Of a DNA stretch of 64,000 nucleotides, positions 18,466 through 28,017 are shown piece by piece (the stretch's first letter is position 1; each line of letters begins with the position of its first letter). Source of the DNA: a virus. Taxonomy: Duplodnaviria; Caudoviricetes. Made by a program: the position numbers and the translations under genes. Where the stretch lies: the IMG/VR virus record IMGVR_UViG_2974555854_000001, positions 1 through 64,000 of that record; one strand, written 5' to 3'. Below the pieces are notes generated by a model, which did not search any database, was not told the origin of the DNA, and saw nothing but the letters and a program-made list of their open reading frames with translations.

Positions 18466-18821
18466 CAATGATCGATTTCGAGACATTGATCCCTAAACTT
18501 CGTACTAGGATTGATGATTTAGATACCGCTGATTTTGAATACAACGATGGAGAATTAACGGATCATCTGCAAAACTCATTAGATAAATATAATATGCAAT
18601 TGCCATTAGATAAACCTTCAGACGGTCAATTAATTATCGTTGAAGCTATGATTGCAATTGTGACTGCTTTAAAAATGTGGGCCGATGGAGAAAGTTATTC
18701 TTATAAGAACGATGCTGTTCAAATGACACGCGGATTGATGTCTAAACATTACCTGGATACACTTAAACAACTTCGTATCGAAAGAAACGATATCTTGGAA
18801 GGGAATGGAGGGGTTTACTAA
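18462..18821 (+). CDS. head-tail adaptor (connector)
   Basis: LIPKLRTRIDD...FEYNDGELTDHL helical adaptor pattern. Confidence 0.6.
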   Translation: MTMIDFETLIPKLRTRIDDLDTADFEYNDGELTDHLQNSLDKYNMQLPLDKPSDGQLIIVEAMIAIVTALKMWADGESYSYKNDAVQMTRGLMSKHYLDTLKQLRIERNDILEGNGGVY

Positions 18822-18991
18822 TGCGTAAGGATGAAAAAGAAATCACGAACGCTTATTTATGGAAATCCCACGTTTTAATTTTAGATTTAGTTGATTTAGT
18901 CAGTGACGATAAGTTGCGACAAAAGATTAAGACTAAAGTTTTAGATGTGGCCCATGAGACACAAGAATTTTTAAAAAATGATGAAAAGTGA
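18821..18991 (+). CDS. hypothetical 56-aa protein (not in ORF track)
   Basis: TAATG coupling, GGAGGGG RBS; MRKDEKEITNAYLWKSH... Confidence 0.6.
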   Translation: MRKDEKEITNAYLWKSHVLILDLVDLVSDDKLRQKIKTKVLDVAHETQEFLKNDEK

Positions 18992-19002
18992 GGTTTTAAA
19001 CT

Positions 19003-19509
19003 ATGCCATTCACAGGTAAAGAAGAAATCTATAATGGTTATAACCGAAAATTATATTTCACAGACGGTACGCCAAACGCGAAACCAACTGATACAAGTCC
19101 TACTTACACTTGGACAGAATTAGGCTATGACGATTCTTTCTCTTTCAATGAGAACGAAAACGAAGCGCAAAAGTACAACAAGCGTGAGAAATCTCACAAG
19201 AAAAAAGGCCGTCAAGAATACACATTCGATATCTCTCAACTTTACAGCGGTGTTGAATACTCTATCTTCATGTTCAAAGGCAAAACAGGAACATTGAAAC
19301 AAGTAACTGAAAATGATGCTGGTGACATTGTAGAAGTTAACTACTTCCACAACGCTGACATTAACTCTCCACAATTTTCAGGTGGTGGCGATGACGGTGA
19401 TGATTCTGTTTCTGCTTCAGGTTCTTACTCTAAGCGTTTATTATACGATGGACAAGCAACAGGTTCTACTTTACTGTTCGCTACTGATGGAAGTCACGAG
19501 ACTCCCTAA
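19003..19509 (+). CDS. major tail (tube) protein
   Basis: WTELGYDDSFSFNE...YTFDISQLY...SVSASGS tube-like pattern; high-expression codons. Confidence 0.7.
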   Translation: MPFTGKEEIYNGYNRKLYFTDGTPNAKPTDTSPTYTWTELGYDDSFSFNENENEAQKYNKREKSHKKKGRQEYTFDISQLYSGVEYSIFMFKGKTGTLKQVTENDAGDIVEVNYFHNADINSPQFSGGGDDGDDSVSASGSYSKRLLYDGQATGSTLLFATDGSHETP

Positions 19510-19572
19510 TAGCGCCCTTGATTTAGGGGGCTTATCGTATTAGATCGTCTTAGGTACGATATAGTTGAAAAG

Positions 19573-19601
19573 AGCACATCTATTAAGTTAGGTGTGCTTT
19601 T
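19573..19601 (+). terminator. intrinsic terminator
   Basis: AGCACATCTA/TAGGTGTGCT stem plus TTTT. Confidence 0.65.
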
Positions 19602-19643
19602 ATTTGTATCGCGTGAGTTTTCATCGGTCAAGGCCATTTGTAA

Positions 19644-19673
19644 GAGAAAAAACTTTTATTTAAAGATATTAAT
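19644..19673 (+). promoter_or_regulatory. phage late promoter
   Basis: GAGAAA-N17-TATTAAT. Confidence 0.75.
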
Positions 19674-19705
19674 GACAATGTAACTATAATCAAGGAGGTT
19701 AAAAC

Positions 19706-20233
19706 ATGACTTCATATTTATATGATGATGGTAATGGTCTTCGCACATCAGCTCGTGTCGAACCCACAACAGGGAAACCAATCACAGACGTTTCCAATAT
19801 GGTTAAAACTAAAAGTGGTCTATGGATACCACAAACAGGTACAGAAGATGGCGCTGCTAATATTCAAGTAGCTGGATCAGACGTTATGTTACCTACACAA
19901 ATGCAAAGCAAACTTTCAACAGTTATTCAAACACATGTGAACACCGTTGTTGCTTTAAGTGCAAATAACACAAGTTCTTATCAAGATGTTAGTGCATGGT
20001 CAGATATCACTATGTCTTTCCTTAATTCAGCTACAGCTACTTGTCAAGTTGATATCATGTGGTCACATGACGGGGTTTCTGCTTTCTTTACTGAAAATGC
20101 ACTTGCTTCTGCTTCTCGTGTAAATGGTTTTTACCAATTTAAAACAAAAGCTAAATATGCAGCTGTTAAAGTTACTAATGGTGATGGTACAGCAGCTAAA
20201 ACGATGAACTCATGGTTATTCTTATCACTATAA
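19706..20233 (+). CDS. putative fibre/appendage protein
   Basis: Thr/Ser/Ala-rich, beta-sandwich-like C-terminus; late cassette. Confidence 0.5.
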   Translation: MTSYLYDDGNGLRTSARVEPTTGKPITDVSNMVKTKSGLWIPQTGTEDGAANIQVAGSDVMLPTQMQSKLSTVIQTHVNTVVALSANNTSSYQDVSAWSDITMSFLNSATATCQVDIMWSHDGVSAFFTENALASASRVNGFYQFKTKAKYAAVKVTNGDGTAAKTMNSWLFLSL

Positions 20234-20247
20234 GGAGGTAAAAAAAT

Positions 20248-20646
20248 ATGCCATTCAATGCAAACAATACTACACAACCGCCATTTCAACCTGGATGTAT
20301 GACATTAACGAACGATGAAGTTATTAAAGTCCAGGATAAATGTGCGGAATTAGAAGCAACATTCGAACCAAATGATTTTCAACCTGTCATTAACGACAAT
20401 TGGATTATCGCTCGTTATAACGAGTCTAACAACTATACTGAAGCTGTTAACGGTGATACTTATAATGTTATCAAAGGTTATAATCGTGATGTTAACACTC
20501 AAGGTATCGGACAAGATGCAGAAGGTAACGGAATTATTATTCCTGAACCTGAACAACCAACAGAAGAACCTACTGAAGAAGCTCCTGTTGAAGAACAACC
20601 TGTAGAACAACCTACAGAAGAGAAAGAACCAACTGAAGAGGTGTAA
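20248..20646 (+). CDS. hypothetical protein with acidic EQPTEE repeats
   Basis: low-complexity Pro/Glu C-terminal tail. Confidence 0.6.
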   Translation: MPFNANNTTQPPFQPGCMTLTNDEVIKVQDKCAELEATFEPNDFQPVINDNWIIARYNESNNYTEAVNGDTYNVIKGYNRDVNTQGIGQDAEGNGIIIPEPEQPTEEPTEEAPVEEQPVEQPTEEKEPTEEV

Positions 20647-20675
20647 CAACCTCTTCTTTTATTAAGGAGGTCAAT

Positions 20676-23117
20676 ATGTTATATCCACAAAAGAACTTAA
20701 TCAAACCACTAACTGATACAAGTATGTGGACTGTTGCTGGTGCTGCTAGTATCATTGATGCTTATTCATTTAAGTTAGTTGCTTTAGCTTCATATCAAGG
20801 TACACCAGCTATAGTCGATGTAGAGCCAAATACAACATATACTTTTTCTTTCGAATGGGAAAGTGATGCTTATTCAGTTACACCAAACATTATGTCTTAT
20901 ACTGAAGCTCTCGTCTATGTTGCTCCTGTTTTTAATAATAGTGTCACAAATAAAAAATGGTCAATCACTTTCACAACAGCGGCCAATGTGAAAAAAATAA
21001 AATTCTTGATGCAAAATTCAAGCAACACAGGGACTTTTATTTTTAAAAATTTCCAATTAGAATTAGGTTCTGTAGCTACAACATTTGAACCTTATAAGTT
21101 AGGGAATAAACCTGTAGCTCAAAAAGGTTTATTTTTTGATGGAAGTTCAGGTGACTACGTTTATTTTGGAGGGATAGCTAAAATTCCTTTTGGACTCACT
21201 GACAATTACAGTGTACATGCTAGAATTAAAACAGGAGATATCAAAAATCAATATTATGGTATTTTCTCAACCTTCGAAGCGTCAAAAGGTTTCGAATTAA
21301 ACATAGATGGTGGCGGTCTTTTCAGACTCGAAAACAATTTACCTTCAGGTGGTTCTATGAGGGCCAATCTATCAGGTTTAAGAGTTATGCCTAATACAAC
21401 CTACGATGTAATAGCGATTAGAAAAGGAAAAGATGTTATCTTTTATGTGAATGGTGTTTTAGCTAGTACGAGTTATCTTGATCCACAAACAACAGAATTA
21501 ACCGGAACAGGTTCTAATATGATTCGTATTGGTTCACGCGCTAACCAAATGCAATTCTTAGGAGAAATTCGTAGAGTTGACTTATTTAACAAGGTATTAA
21601 CAGCTGAAGAAGCGTTGTTACTTTCAAAGGATATCGATGTTAAAAGTGGTTTAGTTGCGAAATACGACTTTAGAAAACCTATTCAAAAAGGTGTAGCTAA
21701 AGATTTAAGTGGAAATGGTATTGATGGTGTTATCGTGGGAACAAAACCTGGTATGCAAACCCCTTCATCCTTAGTGCCGAAAAAGAATTTATTTAATGTT
21801 AATGGTGGTGCGATTGTAAATAAATCAGGAACTACTACAGGTAGACATTATTCCACTTATGCAACTGATAATCCAAATAGAGCACTTTATTATTGGCAAA
21901 CACCTGTAAAACCCGATAAAGCTCATTTTATTTCGTGGACGAAACAAGGGTATTCAGTAGCGTTATGGGAATTAGATGGAGCTGGAATAGTCAACTATGA
22001 TACAGGTTGGAAGAACAGCGCTTTCGGTTGGACTATGCGAAGTGATACAAAAAGTGTGATGTTTGTTGTGAGGAAGCTCCCTGATCCTTCAGCGACTTCA
22101 GCTAACGATATTAAAGATTTAGGTTTGCAAATCGAAGAAGGGACTTCTGTTACACCTTTCGAACCGTATAAAGATATTAATCCGAAACCTATGTTTCAAC
22201 CTAAGAAGAATTTAATATCACCAATTACTTCTTATGATTTGACTAAAGCAGGAAGTACGTATACTGTTCCTGCAGATTTTTATTTCTTATCAGGATTCAA
22301 CGCTTCTGCTACTGATTATGTGACTGTTATAGGTGATTACTGGATTGAAACTACTGTCACAGCTAACAATAGGGATGTGGTTGTTTTAATTCCTGCTAAA
22401 CCTAATACTATTTATCGTCCATCTTGTGATACGAACGGTGATGTGCATTTAATGTATTATGATTCAGCTAGAGCCAAGATAACACAAACTTATAATACAA
22501 TAAGTGCAAACGTAACAGGAACAACACCAGCGAATTGTGCATTCATCGGTTTTGTTTTAACAAATAGAGGTTTAGGCCCAGGTAAGTATTACTTTAAGAA
22601 TTGGCAACTTGAGGAAGTGGGATCAACAAGCGCTCCTGCTACTCCTTTCGAAAAGTACAAGCCTGTTAACAAACCAGCTGTTAGATATCCTAAGAAGAAT
22701 TTGTTTGATCTTGATAATTTCATCAAAAATGCAACTAATTACAATGTCACTTTAGAACGTATCGATGACGGTCTAAAAGTTACAACTACAGGTTCTAACA
22801 CTTACGCTAGGGCATCAGTTAATATGCAACTTAAATCTAACACAAAGTATTCTGTTTCTGCTTTGTTTGGGTTGAATATTTCGAGCGATCTAGTGACAAT
22901 TAGATTTTTAGGTGGTGGTGTTGATGTTTATTTTAGGTCAATCGATGCACCTAACAAAACATTCACAACTGGAACTGTAACAGGTGAAACAGCTATCATC
23001 TTTTATGTAACTTTTACTTCAGCAGCTATGGGCTATGTTAACTTTACAAAAGTTCAATTAGTTGAAGGTGATCCATCAACTTACGAACCATACAAACTAG
23101 TCAACAAACCACTTTAA
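20676..23117 (+). CDS. modular carbohydrate-binding (receptor-binding-like) protein with a LamG domain
   Basis: four modules bounded by P(K/Q)KNL...FE(P/K)YK..N(K/P); LamG-like GLFFDG...YDVIAIR...FYVNG...FLGEIRRVDLFNKVLT. Confidence 0.7.
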   Translation: MLYPQKNLIKPLTDTSMWTVAGAASIIDAYSFKLVALASYQGTPAIVDVEPNTTYTFSFEWESDAYSVTPNIMSYTEALVYVAPVFNNSVTNKKWSITFTTAANVKKIKFLMQNSSNTGTFIFKNFQLELGSVATTFEPYKLGNKPVAQKGLFFDGSSGDYVYFGGIAKIPFGLTDNYSVHARIKTGDIKNQYYGIFSTFEASKGFELNIDGGGLFRLENNLPSGGSMRANLSGLRVMPNTTYDVIAIRKGKDVIFYVNGVLASTSYLDPQTTELTGTGSNMIRIGSRANQMQFLGEIRRVDLFNKVLTAEEALLLSKDIDVKSGLVAKYDFRKPIQKGVAKDLSGNGIDGVIVGTKPGMQTPSSLVPKKNLFNVNGGAIVNKSGTTTGRHYSTYATDNPNRALYYWQTPVKPDKAHFISWTKQGYSVALWELDGAGIVNYDTGWKNSAFGWTMRSDTKSVMFVVRKLPDPSATSANDIKDLGLQIEEGTSVTPFEPYKDINPKPMFQPKKNLISPITSYDLTKAGSTYTVPADFYFLSGFNASATDYVTVIGDYWIETTVTANNRDVVVLIPAKPNTIYRPSCDTNGDVHLMYYDSARAKITQTYNTISANVTGTTPANCAFIGFVLTNRGLGPGKYYFKNWQLEEVGSTSAPATPFEKYKPVNKPAVRYPKKNLFDLDNFIKNATNYNVTLERIDDGLKVTTTGSNTYARASVNMQLKSNTKYSVSALFGLNISSDLVTIRFLGGGVDVYFRSIDAPNKTFTTGTVTGETAIIFYVTFTSAAMGYVNFTKVQLVEGDPSTYEPYKLVNKPL

Positions 23118-23147
23118 GAGAAAAAGGTTTACACTAATTACATTAAT
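23118..23147 (+). promoter_or_regulatory. phage late promoter
   Basis: GAGAAA-N17-CATTAAT. Confidence 0.6.
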
Positions 23148-23170
23148 TAATATGTAAAATAAAGGAGGGG

Positions 23171-23368
23171 TTGAAAATGGATTTAATCGTTTATCTAAAT
23201 GACGGAACTAATTTTGAAGTTCGCATTGAAAATTATGATCCGATTGCTGTTGCCGAACAATTAAACGATGCAACTAAATCGATGATCGTATTTGGATATT
23301 ATGTTGTGCAACGTTATTCAGTAGTCAAGGTAATGCCAAAACCGACTACAGAAATTGCAGAACAATAA
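23171..23368 (+). CDS. hypothetical protein
   Basis: 65 aa, with its own promoter and terminator. Confidence 0.65.
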   Translation: MKMDLIVYLNDGTNFEVRIENYDPIAVAEQLNDATKSMIVFGYYVVQRYSVVKVMPKPTTEIAEQ

Positions 23369-23395
23369 GGAGGGGCCAATGCTCCTTCTTTTTTT
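23367..23395 (+). terminator. intrinsic terminator
   Basis: AAGGAGGGGC-CAAT-GCTCCTTC plus T run. Confidence 0.6.
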
Positions 23396-23398
23396 GTG

Positions 23399-23428
23399 GA
23401 GAAAAAACATGCGAAAAATGATATTTAT
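23399..23428 (+). promoter_or_regulatory. phage late promoter
   Basis: GAGAAA-N17-TATTTAT. Confidence 0.65.
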
Positions 23429-23460
23429 AACTGTAGACAGGTCATACAAGGAGGTACAAA

Positions 23461-26055
23461 ATGAGTGTAGTCAAAAGCTTTCAAATCAATCTTGACATAT
23501 CAAAAGACATTAAAAACAATCACTTTTCATTCAATCAAAACGATACAAACACCGCTAAGATCATTGTGAATTTGACTAACAATAAAACACCTATTGTTTT
23601 AACAGGTGCAACAGTACGTTTCGCATTTTTAAAAGCTGACGGAAAAAGAGTTTATCAAAATGCAACGATAACTAATCCAACAGCAGGAGTAGTTGAAGCA
23701 TTATTAAGTTCGCAAGTTCTAGCCGTACCGAAAAGAGTCAAAGCAGAAGTAGAAATTTATTTCGATGGTACACAACAAAATACCGTTACTAAGCCATTCG
23801 AATTTACAGTAGAACGATCCATCTTGAGTACAGAAGCTATTCAAAGTTCTGATGAATTCCCTATTATCAATACTTTACACCAAAAATTAGCTGATGTAAT
23901 GAATATCGATTTAACTCAATTAGCTGATGTTGGCGCTTCAATGAATAGTATTCGATCAGACGTTACAACCCTGGATCGTAAAACGGATTGGATTGATGTA
24001 CGTGATTACGGTGTTAAAGGTGATGGAACAGGTGATGATGCTGTAGGTATTATTGCAGCACTAGCGATGACCGAAACATTAAAACGCAAAAGGGTTATTG
24101 TACCTGATGGACTTTATAATATTGGTCAGACTATTGTTGTTCCACGAAGAATACACCTTGATTTAAGTAAAAGTACATTTTTACGGCCCATTAATGATGT
24201 TAATGTGATCCAGTTAAAACCTGAAGCTCAATTAACAAGTGGCGTAATCGATACAAGACGTTTCACTGGAAGAACATTTACAGATTTCACAAAGGCTTGT
24301 ATTTATCTTGATGGTAATGACGTATTCTCACTTTACAACGAATTGCATCAAATCAACGGAATTATGATGTTAGGTGAAGATCATTATTACACAGATCAGA
24401 AATGGACAGGGACAGGGATTAGATTCTATTCCGGTAAGGGCGCTAATGGAGAAGCTAAATTTATTTCATTTGTCAACAGTTCACAATTAGGTATCTTTAA
24501 CTTCCAAAAAGGTATTCATTTAGATGTAGATGCTACTATCAAAACTGAAGATGAATGGGCTTGGGTAACAGGTTGTACGTTTGACCAAATAAATATGATG
24601 AACTGTACACAATCAATTGTATTGAATGGTGATCGTACTGTTCCGCGTGATGTAGGTGGAAATATCTTCACAAACCTTCAAATCCAAATTGAACCTAATT
24701 CAGATTATGCTATTTATTGCGAAGGTAGTTTTAATCGATTTGAAGGCTTATTTTGGGATTTACAGAAGAACCCTAACCCTAGTATTCGATTTGCTAAAAG
24801 CTCTCGTTTTAACGTAATTAAATGCGCTCACGGCTATGATTCACCACAACACTTTTTGGATGAAGGTTATGACAATACTATTGAAAGTTCAACTAACCAC
24901 ACTCCACATAAACGTAACATGGCTTATCCTTTAACGACTCCTTTCAACCCTAGCATGTTAGGAAATCAGGATGATTATATGGTTCGCGGTGATTTACGTG
25001 GATATACTTTCTCTCAAACATCTAGTCATCCGATTAAATACGGCGGTAATATGAAAGAGCTTCTAACACTCGAAATGGAAGTTGGTTGTACATGGGATGC
25101 AACAAACGCCACTTATGAAAATCCTATTGTATTTGAGATTGATCTTTCTTCTGATCCGATTTGGTACGCTCATTTCATTGGTGTGATTGGGGCCTGGAAA
25201 ACAAATCCTAAAGGAGTTAGAATTGAAGCTTTTGATGCTATAGCTAATGAATGGATGTGGTGTCATGAAGTCGATAAGAATAGCAGCTATCCTTTTGTTG
25301 TTTGTGCGCCGTGGGTAGGAATAAGTAAATGTACAAAGATAAGAATTACAATGTGGGGTACAAACGATCCAACAGGAAAAGATGTTCAACTAAGCCGCGT
25401 GTTTGCAATTAGTGGAAAGAACGAAGGTAAAGCTTGGATGCCGAAAGCAGGAGGAAACTTTGATGGAAAAGTTTATACTGTTGGTGGACTTGTTTTAGAT
25501 AAACGTACAAGTGATCCTGCTGATGCTGTTGAAGGTCAAGTTTGGTATAGAACAGATTCAAGTAAAGCTCCTGTTCGTGTTATGACTTCAGAAGGCGTTA
25601 AATCGTTCACAATGCAGTCGATTCCAAATGAATACCTTAACATTGCTGGTGCTGTTAAAAACGGTACAACAGCTGTTATAGCCGAAAATACCGCTGATTA
25701 TTTTAGAGTCACATGTAAAAACAATTCAGACGGTTTAATCATCCCAATGACTAGTGCTGTTGTTGGAAAAACCTATACACTTGTTTTAGATGTGATGTTA
25801 CTGAATACAGTAGATGATGTTATACAGGTTCGTTTATATAACAGAACAAAGGCCACTTATTACAATTTGAACTTAGCTGTAACGACAACGGCCCTTAACG
25901 TCAAACAACGCATAACTAAAAACTTCACGTTCGCAACAGGAACGACTTTCGCCGCTGGTGATGCAATAGAATTATGGATCGTACAATCATGGAAGAATAG
26001 CACTCACGATACCTTTGAGTACAAAGTGTTCAAAGATACGCTTGCTATTTATTAG
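23461..26055 (+). CDS. BppU-anchored tail spike with pectate-lyase-like beta-helix (candidate depolymerase)
   Basis: FNQNDTNTAKIIV...LTGATVRFAFLKADG (BppU-like N-terminus); IDVRDYGVKGDGTGDD beta-helix cap. Confidence 0.75.
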   Translation: MSVVKSFQINLDISKDIKNNHFSFNQNDTNTAKIIVNLTNNKTPIVLTGATVRFAFLKADGKRVYQNATITNPTAGVVEALLSSQVLAVPKRVKAEVEIYFDGTQQNTVTKPFEFTVERSILSTEAIQSSDEFPIINTLHQKLADVMNIDLTQLADVGASMNSIRSDVTTLDRKTDWIDVRDYGVKGDGTGDDAVGIIAALAMTETLKRKRVIVPDGLYNIGQTIVVPRRIHLDLSKSTFLRPINDVNVIQLKPEAQLTSGVIDTRRFTGRTFTDFTKACIYLDGNDVFSLYNELHQINGIMMLGEDHYYTDQKWTGTGIRFYSGKGANGEAKFISFVNSSQLGIFNFQKGIHLDVDATIKTEDEWAWVTGCTFDQINMMNCTQSIVLNGDRTVPRDVGGNIFTNLQIQIEPNSDYAIYCEGSFNRFEGLFWDLQKNPNPSIRFAKSSRFNVIKCAHGYDSPQHFLDEGYDNTIESSTNHTPHKRNMAYPLTTPFNPSMLGNQDDYMVRGDLRGYTFSQTSSHPIKYGGNMKELLTLEMEVGCTWDATNATYENPIVFEIDLSSDPIWYAHFIGVIGAWKTNPKGVRIEAFDAIANEWMWCHEVDKNSSYPFVVCAPWVGISKCTKIRITMWGTNDPTGKDVQLSRVFAISGKNEGKAWMPKAGGNFDGKVYTVGGLVLDKRTSDPADAVEGQVWYRTDSSKAPVRVMTSEGVKSFTMQSIPNEYLNIAGAVKNGTTAVIAENTADYFRVTCKNNSDGLIIPMTSAVVGKTYTLVLDVMLLNTVDDVIQVRLYNRTKATYYNLNLAVTTTALNVKQRITKNFTFATGTTFAAGDAIELWIVQSWKNSTHDTFEYKVFKDTLAIY

Positions 26056-26066
26056 GAGGGAAAAGG

Positions 26067-26774
26067 ATGTTAACTTTAGTCCACGAAGATATTTGCGTTT
26101 ATTTGGATTATATGATTTCGCAAAGTCTCAAGAAGACAGGTAAAAATTTGTCATTCATCAATGATTCAATTGAAGGGATAGCGAATTTAGGTAGGTTTGA
26201 AATCGAAGTGACTCAAGGTTCTTTTGCAAGATTTACGATCACTATTGAATCTCAAATTGTCACATTCAATGTTCCTATGACTGTTGGTGATAAAATAAGC
26301 CTTGACTTAGACAAGAACATTTTTAAAAAGAACGGATCACTGATCTTTACTGACAGCGTTCTTACACTTGAAGACAATTCTTATGTCAATGTGAATCTTG
26401 ATTTTGTTGGTGATGGTATCGCTGCTGCAACTTATTTCTACAAATATTATGAGAAGAGAACTGATGATCTTATGTTCGTTGATAGCCTTTCTTATGATAG
26501 AAGTGTAGAGTATGCTAGTCGTACAAATATCAAAAACCAAAAGAAACGTATTGGAAAGTCCAGGGATACATTTAGTTTCTCTATAAGTTTGATTTGGAAT
26601 GAAGATCAAGCTGAACTGATCGATGATGAATTCCGTTTACGTCTTATTGATGAAGAAGGTTATCCAATCGAAACAATGGCTGGATGTGTTATAACTTCCG
26701 AACGCAAAGGTTCTTCTTCAAATGGTGGAGATTTCACTTACGAAATTTCAGGAAGTTTTGAAAAAATTTATTAA
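26067..26774 (+). CDS. tail-tube-like paralogue with an N-terminal extension
   Basis: C-terminal ~100 aa aligns by eye with 19003-19509. Confidence 0.45.
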   Translation: MLTLVHEDICVYLDYMISQSLKKTGKNLSFINDSIEGIANLGRFEIEVTQGSFARFTITIESQIVTFNVPMTVGDKISLDLDKNIFKKNGSLIFTDSVLTLEDNSYVNVNLDFVGDGIAAATYFYKYYEKRTDDLMFVDSLSYDRSVEYASRTNIKNQKKRIGKSRDTFSFSISLIWNEDQAELIDDEFRLRLIDEEGYPIETMAGCVITSERKGSSSNGGDFTYEISGSFEKIY

Positions 26775-26781
26775 ATAAAAT

Positions 26782-26811
26782 GAGAAATGCATTCCAAACC
26801 CTTGTATTAAT
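26782..26811 (+). promoter_or_regulatory. phage late promoter
   Basis: GAGAAA-N17-TATTAAT. Confidence 0.75.
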
Positions 26812-26863
26812 GGATTCAGAACGGAAAAGTTCAATATTTTTTTAATTAATGGAGGGTTTTGGA

Positions 26864-27322
26864 ATGGCAAAGGTTAATAAATTCGCAAGCAAGGTAAAGA
26901 AATTAAAACGTACAGGTAAGGTACACTTCAATACTGATGAAGGTGAAGTGTTGGAATTCGCTATCGAATCACGTAAAAGTGAAGATATCGATACAATTAA
27001 CGGAATTTATGATGCTAAAAAACCAAAAGTACCAACTCGCAAATTACCATCTGCAAAAGGTTTCAAAGTTGTGGAGCAGCATGACGATCCGGAATACAAG
27101 AAAGAACTTGGTGTTATTCAACGCCGCAACCTAGCACATCTAGCTTTAATGTTTTTAGCTGAAGATGAAAGACCTGAAGGCGAAGTTGAAGAACAAGTTC
27201 AACAAATTTTAGACATTGAACTAGCTGGATTCATCGGTAAAATTGTTAACAAAGGTCTTGAGATTTCAGGTCTTGGTGGCGATGACGAAGAAGAAGAGTT
27301 AGTTGAAGTAAAAAACGACTAG
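26864..27322 (+). CDS. tail assembly chaperone (G-like)
   Basis: ends in slippery A-AAA-AAC; typical size and acidic tail. Confidence 0.75.
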   Translation: MAKVNKFASKVKKLKRTGKVHFNTDEGEVLEFAIESRKSEDIDTINGIYDAKKPKVPTRKLPSAKGFKVVEQHDDPEYKKELGVIQRRNLAHLALMFLAEDERPEGEVEEQVQQILDIELAGFIGKIVNKGLEISGLGGDDEEEELVEVKND

Positions 27323-27513
27323 CAGTAGGAGGGAAATTGAAAGAGGGCGTTTATGACGATTACATTTACTTAGATATTTGTGAAAAGTACGGAATGAACC
27401 CACTCACTGAATTCGATCCCCTACCTGATGACATAAAAATAATGATGAAAGCCAAATGGTTAATTGACCAGGAACACAATTCTGAAATGGCTAAGAAACA
27501 AAGTGAGGGGTAG
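27310..27513 (+). CDS. -1 frameshift extension of the tail chaperone (GT-like)
   Basis: open -1 frame KRLAVGGKLKEGVYDDYIYLDICEKYGMNPLTEFDPLPDDIK...EG*; terminator hairpin follows. Confidence 0.75.
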   Translation, partial: KKRLAVGGKLKEGVYDDYIYLDICEKYGMNPLTEFDPLPDDIKIMMKAKWLIDQEHNSEMAKKQSEG

Positions 27514-27558
27514 GGCTTATGTCTTACCTCTCATTTTTTATTTATAGGAGGTGCTTTT

Positions 27559-28017
27559 ATGAGTCTAAGAAGAAAGAAATCCACCTTACAATTATTCCGC
27601 GATGACATTAGACAAAATATCGAACGTGAAGGATCAGCTGTTGTTTTTGAATGGACTGAAGTAACCGGCGCTGTTTGGAATGATGTTTATGAGGTTTGGG
27701 AGGGTGGAGAAGAAACGAAGCAATTCTATCACGAAAGAGGAATAGGTAAGATCATCGATTACAAAGAAGACATTATGGAATCAGAATTTGCACGTTACAA
27801 CGTAGGTGAGTGTATTGTTCGTTTCGTTTATGATTCTCCTATATTTGACGTTTTAAGTGGAAAGAGTGATGTAACATTCATCTATCAAGGACAACGCTTT
27901 AAAATCGATTCTCCGATGTATACAGGTGATATGATCGACAACGGATACTACGCTTTAACTATTCGTGGTGTCAAGGATTACGATGGAGCTGTTAGTCATG
28001 ATACGAATGAAGCTTGA
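27559..28017 (+). CDS. putative head closure (stopper) protein
   Basis: FIYQGQRFKID C-terminal motif; position. Confidence 0.5.
   Translation: MSLRRKKSTLQLFRDDIRQNIEREGSAVVFEWTEVTGAVWNDVYEVWEGGEETKQFYHERGIGKIIDYKEDIMESEFARYNVGECIVRFVYDSPIFDVLSGKSDVTFIYQGQRFKIDSPMYTGDMIDNGYYALTIRGVKDYDGAVSHDTNEA

Noticed and set aside
20676-26055. Diversity-generating retroelement acting on the fibre genes
   Set aside because: No reverse transcriptase and no near-identical template/variable repeat pair were seen.
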